Source of the DNA: a virus
Taxonomy: Duplodnaviria > Caudoviricetes
DNA: 25,870 nucleotides
Virus record (IMG/VR): IMGVR_UViG_3300025018_000493
Span: 1-25,870 of that record
Direction: 5' to 3' (one strand)
Under the pieces are notes generated by a model. The model was given only the letters and a program-made list of their open reading frames with translations, was not told the DNA's origin and searched no databases. Shown in pieces: positions 7,748 through 16,000 of the stretch. Each line of letters opens with the position of its first letter. The first letter of the stretch is position 1. A program made the position numbers and the translations under genes.

Positions 7748-8698
7748 TTGAAGGTCACTCTCTACACCGCTCCGACGATTGAACCGGTATCCCTCGCAGA
7801 ACTGAAGTTGCACCTGCGGTACGACGGTGGAACCTTCGCCGACAACGTAGATAGCACGCAGTCCATCCCCCCCGGCTCCCATGCCATCGCCAATGACTAC
7901 ACAACGCACGTAGGTGCGTCGAAAGAAGTCCTCGGGTACTCCGCAATTGTCCTACTCGAGGCCGGCACGAACGCGGCGACCGGCACGGCGGACGTGAAGA
8001 TCCAGGAGTCCGATGACGACGCGACGTGGACCGATTGGGCTACCGGCGCGTTTACGCAGGTCACAACAGCGACGGATAACGCCACCTTTGAGAAGGCGTA
8101 CACCGGGACGAAACGGTACATCCGAACCGTAGCGAAGGTGCTGCTGGCCGCGTGCGAGTTTGGTACTTCGATCGTGCGGAACGCGGCGACCTCGGCAGAG
8201 GATGATCTTCTGAATGCCATCAATACGGCCGCACGGGAACACGTCGAGGACATCACGCGGCGGCAGATCATGACGGCAACGTGGGATTACTTCCTTGATG
8301 CTTTTCCATCAGGGAACGCGATCGTCCTTCCGTTCGGGAACCTCGCCTCCGTGACGAGTGTGAAGTACAAAGAGGATGACGGCGTCGAGACGACGATGGT
8401 CGTTACGACGGAGTACCTTGTCGAGACGAACGGGGAAGATTTCGGACGAATCGTGCTGCCGTACGGGGAGACGTGGCCGAGTTTCACCGCCTACCCGTCG
8501 AATCCCATTTCCATCCGATTCGTTTGTGGTTGGACGACGGCCGCGCTGGTTCCTGCGCGCATCAAGAGCGCGATCAAGCTCCTGTGCGCCGACATGTATC
8601 GCGGGCGGGGAGATGCGGTGATCGGGCAGTCGGTCGTGGAGAATAAGACGGCGGAGCGGCTTCTCGCATCATGTCGCTTGTGGGGAAACTTTGCATGA
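7748..8698 (+). CDS. Head-tail connector/adaptor (phiE125 gp8 / HK97 gp6-like) with ~120-aa internal insertion
   Basis: EPVSLAELKLHLRYD ... [insert] ... EDDLLNAINTAAREHVEDITRRQIMTATW, VPARIKSAIKLLCADMYRGR; TTG start with AGGAG RBS. Confidence 0.88.
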   Translation: MKVTLYTAPTIEPVSLAELKLHLRYDGGTFADNVDSTQSIPPGSHAIANDYTTHVGASKEVLGYSAIVLLEAGTNAATGTADVKIQESDDDATWTDWATGAFTQVTTATDNATFEKAYTGTKRYIRTVAKVLLAACEFGTSIVRNAATSAEDDLLNAINTAAREHVEDITRRQIMTATWDYFLDAFPSGNAIVLPFGNLASVTSVKYKEDDGVETTMVVTTEYLVETNGEDFGRIVLPYGETWPSFTAYPSNPISIRFVCGWTTAALVPARIKSAIKLLCADMYRGRGDAVIGQSVVENKTAERLLASCRLWGNFA

Positions 8699-9030
8699 CG
8701 CAGATTGGCAACCTTGACAAGCGGATCACGCTCGAAGCGTCAACGATGGTCGGGGACGGCATGGGCGGATTCTCTGCCTCTTGGATTTCAGTCCTCCCGG
8801 TGGGAACGACCATCTTCGCGGCGATCTGGCCGGTGTCGGCGACAGAGCAGATCCGGTCTGCGGCACCGACGATGGTTGCGACTCACCGCATACGCATCAG
8901 GTATCGTACCGTACTAAAGGCCTCCTGGCGTGTCCTCTACAACGGACGGTACTTCTCCATCGTGTCGATCACGGACCCGAACGAAGCGCACGAGTGGTTT
9001 GACCTCCTCTGTAAGGAAGTCATCGCGTGA
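8695..9030 (+). CDS. Head closure / stopper protein (SPP1 gp16-like)
   Basis: IGNLDKRITLE, DGMGG, FAAIWPVSATE, THRIRIRYR, WRVLYNGRYFSIVSI; ATGA overlap sets start at 8695. Confidence 0.92.
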   Translation: MTQIGNLDKRITLEASTMVGDGMGGFSASWISVLPVGTTIFAAIWPVSATEQIRSAAPTMVATHRIRIRYRTVLKASWRVLYNGRYFSIVSITDPNEAHEWFDLLCKEVIA

Positions 9031-9437
9031 AGAACCTCACCACTGCCATCTACGGTAAGTTCACTGGCTCCGCCTTCTCCACGTCTATCGGCGGGCGGCT
9101 CTATAAGTCCCGCGCTCCGCAGAATCCGACGTGGCCGTACGCGGTGTACTACCTCATCAGCGACGTGCCGAGAGACACATTCGCAGAGAAACTTGAGGAA
9201 GTCATCATTCAGTTCTCGATCTTCTCCGCAGCGTCCGGGTCCACGGAGATCGAGGACATCGTGACGAACCTGAAAGCGTTGTACGATAACTGCTTGCTCA
9301 CGGTCACCGGGAACACACACATCATGATGAACCGGCAGGGATCATCGTTGGCGAGCATCTCGGCGGACACGGAACTCGGCACTGGGGAATATTGGCAGGC
9401 GGATTTGGACTACGAAACCATCATGCAGAAAAACTGA
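9027..9437 (+). CDS. Tail terminator / tail completion protein (DUF3168-like)
   Basis: IGGRLYKSRAPQNPTWPYAVYYLISD, IQFSIFS, YWQADLDY; GTGA overlap with head closure gene. Confidence 0.85.
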   Translation: MKNLTTAIYGKFTGSAFSTSIGGRLYKSRAPQNPTWPYAVYYLISDVPRDTFAEKLEEVIIQFSIFSAASGSTEIEDIVTNLKALYDNCLLTVTGNTHIMMNRQGSSLASISADTELGTGEYWQADLDYETIMQKN

Positions 9438-9447
9438 GGGAGGGGCG

Positions 9448-9684
9448 ATGGCGATCGCGTGCAATAAAAACGTCGGCAAGGAGATATGCGAAATTCTCGG
9501 ACTCGACCTGATGAAAACAAGGAAGGTAAATCTTACATTTGAAGCCGACAGTCTCGTGATGGCGGGTGCGGCGTTCTATGTCGAAACAGAAGAGTACGAC
9601 AAGATCAAACTCATCTTGAAAAGATACAAGATGGTACCGATTGATTCCCTCCAGACCAAGTTTGCGGAGGACGGAAAAGAATGA
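9448..9684 (+). CDS. Hypothetical protein (78 aa)
   Basis: GGGAGGGG RBS; AT-richer than neighbours; ATGA overlap with next ORF. Confidence 0.65.
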   Translation: MAIACNKNVGKEICEILGLDLMKTRKVNLTFEADSLVMAGAAFYVETEEYDKIKLILKRYKMVPIDSLQTKFAEDGKE

Positions 9685-9866
9685 GGAAAAAGCTCTCGGA
9701 GATCACGCGGGCAGAGTGGATCGGAATAGTGTGGATCGAAGATAGCGAGATGGGCGGCGACGAAAGGACCTTTCTCGATGTGGGGAGGCGGACTCCCACA
9801 GAGGCGGCGCAGGCGCGGGAGGAATGGGATACCACGGCGGAGGAACGGGAATCATGCAAAGCGTAG
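9681..9866 (+). CDS. Hypothetical protein (61 aa)
   Basis: ATGA overlap with upstream ORF, GGAGG upstream, fills the gap before the methyltransferase. Confidence 0.55.
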   Translation: MRKKLSEITRAEWIGIVWIEDSEMGGDERTFLDVGRRTPTEAAQAREEWDTTAEERESCKA

Positions 9867-10468
9867 ACGAGATCATCAAGTTCGTTGAGGACGCCGGGTC
9901 GGACGATATACCGACGTTTGGCGGGAAGCGCGTCGGCGGGATCTTTGTCCAGCAGGTCCCCGATGAGATCGCCCCGTGCATACAGGCCATCCTCGAATCG
10001 GGGGAACCGATAAAATCATACCTGGAGATCGGGGTTGCGGCAGGGGGGACGACGTACCTGATGAACCACTACTTTCACCCGGAGACGATCGTGCTGGTTG
10101 ACACGAACGAACATCCGCGATGCGTCAACCGTCCGCAAGTGCTCGTGGGGATCAGGACGACGGAAGTGATCGGCAAGTCGGGTGATGATTCTGTGCGGGA
10201 TGCGGTCGTTGGCCTCGGGCACGTGTTCGACGCCATGATGATCGACGGGGTGCATTACTACGAGAACGTGAAGAAGGACGTGGAGATGTACGCCACCCTC
10301 CTTCGCGACGGTGGCTTCCTGATGCTCCACGACTCCGCTTTGCATCAATGGGGCGTACCCCGCGTGGTAGCAGAACTGAAGGAGAATCCCGCGTTCGCGT
10401 TCATCGGGGAGTGGACTTCGAAGACGATGACTTTGTGTGGAGTCGCGCTGTTTCAAAGGCTCGCATGA
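9854..10468 (+). CDS. Class I SAM-dependent methyltransferase (Methyltransf_24-like)
   Basis: Motif I YLEIGVAAGGT, FDAMMIDGVHYYENVKKD, LRDGGFLMLHD; GGAGG RBS before ATG 9854. Confidence 0.88.
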   Translation: MQSVDEIIKFVEDAGSDDIPTFGGKRVGGIFVQQVPDEIAPCIQAILESGEPIKSYLEIGVAAGGTTYLMNHYFHPETIVLVDTNEHPRCVNRPQVLVGIRTTEVIGKSGDDSVRDAVVGLGHVFDAMMIDGVHYYENVKKDVEMYATLLRDGGFLMLHDSALHQWGVPRVVAELKENPAFAFIGEWTSKTMTLCGVALFQRLA

Positions 10469-11199
10469 AGTTCTCTTTCGGAGTAATGACGAACGACATG
10501 ATGCGGTTGGACCAAGTGCTTCGTAAATCAGAACTGGATCCGGCCATTCCGTGCCACACGATAAAGAACCCGGACTCGGCGACGAAGGGGTTGAACAAAC
10601 TCCTTGAGGTCATTGAGGCCGAAGGCGCGGACGTTGCGGTGCTGACACATCACGACGTGTTCTACCGCAGCGGGTGGTTGAAGCAGGTCGAGGATCAGTT
10701 GCGGCTTCTACCGGAGGATTGGATCGTCGCCGGGGTAGTCGGCAAGGATCATGACGGGCATTACTGCGGGCGATTTCACGACATGAGGACGCCGCTGCAT
10801 TTCAACCGGACGGACGTTTCATATCCTCATCCGGTAGTCTGCTTCGACGAGTGCTGCATTTTCGTGAACATGAAGAAAGGATTTCGGTTTGACGAGACGC
10901 TCGAAGGGTTCGACCTGTACGGCACGATGGCGGTCTGCCTCGCGTGGGAGATGGGCGGGAGTGCTTGGGTGATCGACGCCTTCTGTGAGCATTACTGCAT
11001 GCGGAGTTTCCAATGGGTTCCCGACAAGATTTTCGAAGAACGCTTTATGTTTTTGCACAAAAGATTCCCTGATGCCCCACGGATCGACACGACTGTCCTT
11101 GGCATCCCGCAGAAAGGCGATCCACCCAGGTGGGATGTGGCGGAGGAAATGTTGCCTGAGCAAATCACGGCGAACAAGGAGGCGATGGCGACAAACTAA
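10465..11199 (+). CDS. GT-A fold glycosyltransferase-like protein (Glyco_tranf_2_5-like)
   Basis: SATKGLNKLL, VAVLTHHDVFY, WIVAGVVG, VVCFDECCIF, FDETLEGFDLYGT; ATGA overlap with the methyltransferase sets start at 10465. Confidence 0.75.
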   Translation: MKFSFGVMTNDMMRLDQVLRKSELDPAIPCHTIKNPDSATKGLNKLLEVIEAEGADVAVLTHHDVFYRSGWLKQVEDQLRLLPEDWIVAGVVGKDHDGHYCGRFHDMRTPLHFNRTDVSYPHPVVCFDECCIFVNMKKGFRFDETLEGFDLYGTMAVCLAWEMGGSAWVIDAFCEHYCMRSFQWVPDKIFEERFMFLHKRFPDAPRIDTTVLGIPQKGDPPRWDVAEEMLPEQITANKEAMATN

Positions 11200-11220
11200 A
11201 AGGTGGACAGTGAAGATTCC

Positions 11221-11251
11221 AAGGGTCGCCCTCCGGCGGACCTTTTCTTTT
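11221..11251 (+). terminator. Probable intrinsic terminator upstream of tail tube gene
   Basis: GGTC-GCC-ctcc-GGC-g-GACC hairpin followed by TTTTCTTTT. Confidence 0.55.
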
Positions 11252-11308
11252 ATGTGGCGCGTTTTGTGACGTTTAACCCTCAGACAAATACGATCAGGAG
11301 GAACGACA

Positions 11309-11725
11309 ATGAGTGCGATCGGCGGGCGGCTGGCTTCTGTGCGCTACGGAGCGAACTTGGTTGCAGGCATGGGCACGTGGACCCTCAGCGGTTTCGTCCC
11401 CGACGTTCTGGAGGCGACCGCGTTCGGAGACACGGTGAAGACGTTCGTGGAAGCGGGTATCGGCGACGGGGGGACGTTCTCGTTCTCCGGCAACTATGAT
11501 CCTGCGGACACGGACGGACAGGTCGCACTGAACGCGCTGGCGAACACGGGCGCGGAGTTGACGAACCTGTACTTCTACGAGACCACCAGCGTGTTCTGGC
11601 GGGTGGCGGCTGGTGGCAAGCTCATCATCACGAAGTTCGGCGGGATCCAGTTGGCGAAGAACGCCCTTGCTACGGTTTCCTTCGAGGGGAAGGTTTCCGC
11701 GAAGGCGATGGAGCGGGTTATCTAA
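11309..11725 (+). CDS. Tail tube (major tail) protein
   Basis: AGGAGG RBS; WTLSG..DVLEATAFGD..KTFV.AGI.DGGTFSFSGNYDPADTDGQ ... LATVSFEGKVS is a typical siphophage tube pattern. Confidence 0.88.
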   Translation: MSAIGGRLASVRYGANLVAGMGTWTLSGFVPDVLEATAFGDTVKTFVEAGIGDGGTFSFSGNYDPADTDGQVALNALANTGAELTNLYFYETTSVFWRVAAGGKLIITKFGGIQLAKNALATVSFEGKVSAKAMERVI

Positions 11726-11755
11726 CACAGCATCAGACCCCAACGGGGAGGAAAG

Positions 11756-12217
11756 ATGAGATTCGATCTATCGGACGACGCGAAGGGCGAGTGGTTCAAG
11801 TTCTTCCGGTCGGAGATCAAGGAGAACGGCGATGTGACGTACCTTGACCCGGAACCTGACGCCGGACGTGTCCGCATCCGTATCGCGGGCACGGACGTTA
11901 TCGAAAGCATCAGGGAGCAGACTCGAAAAGTCATCAAGGAGTTCGTGCTCAACAAGCAATCGCGCAAGATGGAGCGCGTGGAGTACGAGGATCAGACGCC
12001 GGAGCAGAAGAAGAAGGAAGGCGAGTTGATCTGGGATCACGCCATCCAGGGGTGGGAGGGGATCCTCGACAAGGACGGCAACGAGATCCCCTGTACCACG
12101 GAGAACAAGGTGAAGTTGATGGGTATCCCGCAGTTCGCCCGGTTCGTTGGTAGGTGCCTCCAGATCATCACCGGGGCGAACGCGGGGATGGCAGAGGATG
12201 AAATAAAAAACTCATAG
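11756..12217 (+). CDS. Tail assembly chaperone (G-like)
   Basis: Follows tail tube; AKGEWF, IQGWEGILDKDGNEIPCT.ENKVKL; ends in a slippery A-AAA-AAC. Confidence 0.82.
   Translation: MRFDLSDDAKGEWFKFFRSEIKENGDVTYLDPEPDAGRVRIRIAGTDVIESIREQTRKVIKEFVLNKQSRKMERVEYEDQTPEQKKKEGELIWDHAIQGWEGILDKDGNEIPCTTENKVKLMGIPQFARFVGRCLQIITGANAGMAEDEIKNS
12205..12211 (+). promoter_or_regulatory. Programmed -1 ribosomal frameshift heptamer A AAA AAC
   Basis: ATA AAA AAC TCA TAG; the -1 frame reads on (LIEVAEWRVDYQPNC...) in frame with 12235..12537. Confidence 0.8.
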
Positions 12218-12537
12218 AGGTCGCGGAATGGCGGGTGGATTACCAGCCCAACTGTGACGCCTGCCGCGACCTCTATGGGCGTCGTATCCCTCCGCAGGAC
12301 CCTCCCTGCGATACCTGCCGTCCGGTAATGCTCGATGAGAACGAAGACGCGATCACGCTGTACTCCATCGTCCAGAATCAGTGGATCATGGGGCAAGGTG
12401 GGCCGGTGGATATAAATCACTTGGCCGTCTGGGAAGCGATCGACCGGTACAGGGTTAGCAACGGTCCGGCTACTTTCAGGAAGATCCTCGCGCTGTCGCG
12501 ATGGATGCTGGAGCGGATCAACGAGAAAAGGGAGTAG
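12211..12537 (+). CDS. Tail assembly chaperone T segment (frameshift extension; DUF1799-like), with two CxxC motifs
   Basis: ENEDAITLYSIVQNQWIMGQGGPVDINHLAV resembles DUF1799-type T proteins; no strong RBS before GTG 12235; CDAC and CDTC. Confidence 0.75.
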   Translation, partial: LIEVAEWRVDYQPNCDACRDLYGRRIPPQDPPCDTCRPVMLDENEDAITLYSIVQNQWIMGQGGPVDINHLAVWEAIDRYRVSNGPATFRKILALSRWMLERINEKRE

Positions 12538-12539
12538 GG

Positions 12540-13004
12540 ATGCGCGTTGCCAACTGGAAAGCAAAAGAGATCTTCAGCCAGGTGCGCGAAGAGGCGATCG
12601 TCGCCGTCATCGGCGTGATGGACGATGTAGCGGCGGCGGCTAGGGCAAGATGTCCGGTCGGCACCGTCACGCGGTCGGGGGAAACAGTGCTTAGAATGGT
12701 ATCGTTCACTCCGACAAGGGGCCGCGGGAAGGGACAGTCGGTATCCTTCATGGGGAAACAATGGACCGGGCGGGAACCGGGCTCCTTGCGGGGTTCCATC
12801 CGCCGGGTTCTGAAGTCTGACCGTCCCGGTAATGTGCGCGTGTACGCCGGGAATGCAAAAGTAGTATACGCTCACATGGTTGAGTACGGGACTGCCAAGA
12901 TGTCCCCGCGTCCGTTCATGCGGTTCGCGTTTAGCGAGATGAAGAACGGACTCATCGACAGGATCGAGAAGGGCATCCAGAAGGTTCCTGAGGTGAAGAG
13001 ATAA
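12540..13004 (+). CDS. HK97 gp10-family tail completion protein
   Basis: ARARCPVGT...PGSLRGSIRR...YAHMVEYGTAKMSPRPFMRFAF; GGGAG RBS before ATG 12540. Confidence 0.88.
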   Translation: MRVANWKAKEIFSQVREEAIVAVIGVMDDVAAAARARCPVGTVTRSGETVLRMVSFTPTRGRGKGQSVSFMGKQWTGREPGSLRGSIRRVLKSDRPGNVRVYAGNAKVVYAHMVEYGTAKMSPRPFMRFAFSEMKNGLIDRIEKGIQKVPEVKR

Positions 13005-16000
13005 TGTCTGTCGGAAGTATTTTTTTAGAAATCGACCTCGACGCCTCCCGCTTTGAGCGCAACCAGCAGAAGCTCATCAAGAGCGCGACCACTACCTCCT
13101 TAAGCATCGAGAAGAACTTCCAAAACCTCGGCGTGAAGTCCGACGCGATCTACGAGGCGATGCGCCGGAGCGCAACCAACTCGCTGGAGATGATCAAGGC
13201 GAAATCTACTTCCACCGGGAACGAGATCGCACGGGCGCAGCAGGCGCACGCGGAGCAGATCAAGCGTATCAACGAGCAGCAGTTCGGTCACCAGGCGACG
13301 CTACTTGAAACCATGAAGAAGAACTGGCTTGCCACGACCGCCGTCATCACAGCGGCGTATTTCGCCGTGAGCAGGGCTTGGAATTTCGCGGAGCAGGCCG
13401 CGCAATATGAGCAGTCTCGTTCTGCGTTCCGGGGCATGGCGCAGAGCATGGGGGCCGACGCCGAAGAAGTGTTCGGCAAGATTAAGCGGCTCTCCAGTGG
13501 ACTGATCGACGATAAGGCCCTCACGCAGAGCATGAACACGGCGCTTTCTCTCGGCATCCCCATTGAGAAGCTCGGCGACTTGATGACAATCGCCCGGGCG
13601 AAGTCCAGAGACATGGGCATCACCGCGACGCAGGCGTTCGATGATATCGCCCGTGGTATCGGGCGGGGATCGCCGCTGATCCTCGACAACCTCGGGTTGA
13701 TGCTGAAGCTCGGGTCGGCGAACGAGGCGATGGCTGCCGCCGTCGGGAAGACGGTCGATCAGTTGACGGACAAGGAAAAGAAGCTCGCGATCCTGAACGC
13801 CACGATCGACGCGGGCAAGGAGGCCCTTTCCCGGCATAACCTGGAACTGCTGACGATGAAGGAGCGTTTGGACGCGCTGAAGGTGCAGATCACGGACATC
13901 AAACTCATCATCGGGGATGTTCTCCTTCGGCTTGGAGCGGGGTTGGTCGCCACGTTCCAGTCCGTCGCTTCTTTTGGGACGGCGGTAGCCGGGTTAATCA
14001 TGGGGCCGATCATAGCCCTTGTGTCGATCACGGATCATTTAGGCATTACGAAGGGGAAGGCGGAAGAGTACAAGATCGCGATGGATGCGATGGCGGCGTC
14101 AGCGCAAGACCTGGCGGAGAAGGCGAACAGGAACTTCGAGCTTATGAGGCTGGGCATGAAGGAGGTTTCCGCACCTGCCCCGCGGCGTGGTACGGGCGGG
14201 GACGACAAGGGGGACGGGGCCGACAAAGCAGCCGCGGAGATAGCGCGTAAGGCTCGCGAGAAGGAAGTCGCGAAGATGTGGGCCGAAGAGGGCAAGCTCG
14301 TCCACGACGCGCTGATGGCCGAGGCTGGAATGACGCAGGAGTACCACGACACCCTCCGCAAGTTGGACGACGAGGCGTGGGCGGAAGAGAAAAAGATGGC
14401 GGCTGCCATCGTGGAGTTGGACCGCAAGCGGTACGCTGAAGAAGGCGCGATCGCGATGGACGCCCTCGCCGCCGAGATGGGCATGACGCAGGAGTACCTA
14501 GATACCGTCCGAGGGATGAGGGACGCCGAGTTCGAGGCATGGAAGGAGATAAACGACCCCGCGGCGATGGCCGACTTCTACGACTCCATTGTCGGGTACG
14601 AGCAGGAGGCGCACGACCGGAAGGTCGCGCTGATCGAGGCCGAGCGGGATGCGAGGATTGCCGCCGGTATCGACGCAACCGCCGCCGCGAAGAAGGCCTC
14701 GCAGGAGATCGGGGAACTCGACCAGAAGATGTTCGAGAAGAAGGCCCGGCAGGTGTTCGATGCCGCTGGGGATATGGCCTACGCGTTCGACGCCATCGGT
14801 TCCATGTACGACAAGAACTCCGCCGAGTACGCAAAGATGCAGGAAGCGGCGAAGGCGATGATCGTCCTCCAACAGGCCGTCGCTGTCGCGAACGCCGTGG
14901 CCACGATCGCCAACCAGGGCCTCGGGGATCCCTATACCGCGTTCGCCCGCATCGCGGCGATGGCGGCGGCGATGGGGTCGCTGTTGGCCTCTGCCGGGAT
15001 GTCGTTTGGCGGTGGCGGGGCCTCTTCCGCCGCTGCGCTTCCCGCCTCCACCGTCCTCGGCGCGGAGGCAGGCACAGGGAGCGAGTCCATCTCAAAGTCG
15101 TTGGAACTTCTGGAGGACACCTACAACCTGGAATACCGGGAGTTGACCGGTATTCACAACTCCATGAAGGAGTTGAACACGAACATCACCGCGCTGGTGA
15201 CAAGCATCGTACGGACGGGGACGGTTGGTACCGGTGCAGGCATCTCGGGACTTGGTTTTGATCCCGGAAAAGCGCAACAGTGGGCGATGAGCGGGATGGG
15301 TAAGGCGTATGTATCCTCCATGAGTCCGATGAACTTGTTCGGCGGTCTGCCGTTTACGTTCATGGATAATAAGATCACGGATATCGCAAACAGATGGTTC
15401 AGCGACGCTATCGGCTCGATCTTCGGTGGCGGGACGTCGAAATCCTTGGAAGGCACAGGGATTGAGTTTAAGGGGCAGACCGTCGGCAGGATCATCGCCG
15501 GGGAATACATGGACGCGGTGTCGTACGCCCTCATCAAAACGGTGAAGGACGGGGGCTGGTTCCACTCGGATAAGACTTCTTATCAGACGATCTACAAAGC
15601 GTTGGACGGGGACGTGTCCAGACTGTTCCATCTTGTTTTCCAGAACATGAGCACGACGCTCGCGGAACTGGCGAAGGGTCTCGGATCGGATGTGGACGCA
15701 GTGCTCGCGTATCAGTTCAAGGGAGAGCGGATCAATCTGAAGGGGATGACCGGCGAGGAGATCGACAAAACACTCTCCGAATATTTCTCGAAGGTAGGTG
15801 ATGTGGCGGTCGAGGCTCTTTTTGGGGAACTTATTACTCAGTACCAGCAGCTGAACGAGGGCCTGTTCGAAACCGCCGCTCGTCTGGTGGTCGACAAGGC
15901 TATCGTTACCGAGATCCTGACGATGACGAATCAGGGGTTCCCAGGATCGACTGCGGCGGTCATAGCCTTCTCTGAAGCGATCATCAAGATGGCGGGCGGC

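Noticed and set aside
5936-7909. 657-aa minus-strand ORF
   Set aside because: Antisense to four well-supported + strand genes, Arg/Gly-rich with no recognisable motif; a typical shadow ORF of high-GC coding DNA.
9854-10468. DNA methyltransferase (restriction evasion)
   Set aside because: Lacks DPPY/NPPY or PCQ catalytic motifs; the IDGxH...HD pattern points to small-molecule or sugar methyltransferases.
11266-11294. Sigma70-like promoter GTGACG-17-TACGAT before the tail tube gene
   Set aside because: Weak match, and the predicted start site would fall within or after the AGGAGG ribosome-binding site.
11203-11499. 98-aa + strand ORF spanning the GT-tail tube gap
   Set aside because: Overlaps the tail tube gene out of frame and runs through a terminator-like hairpin; no recognisable motif.
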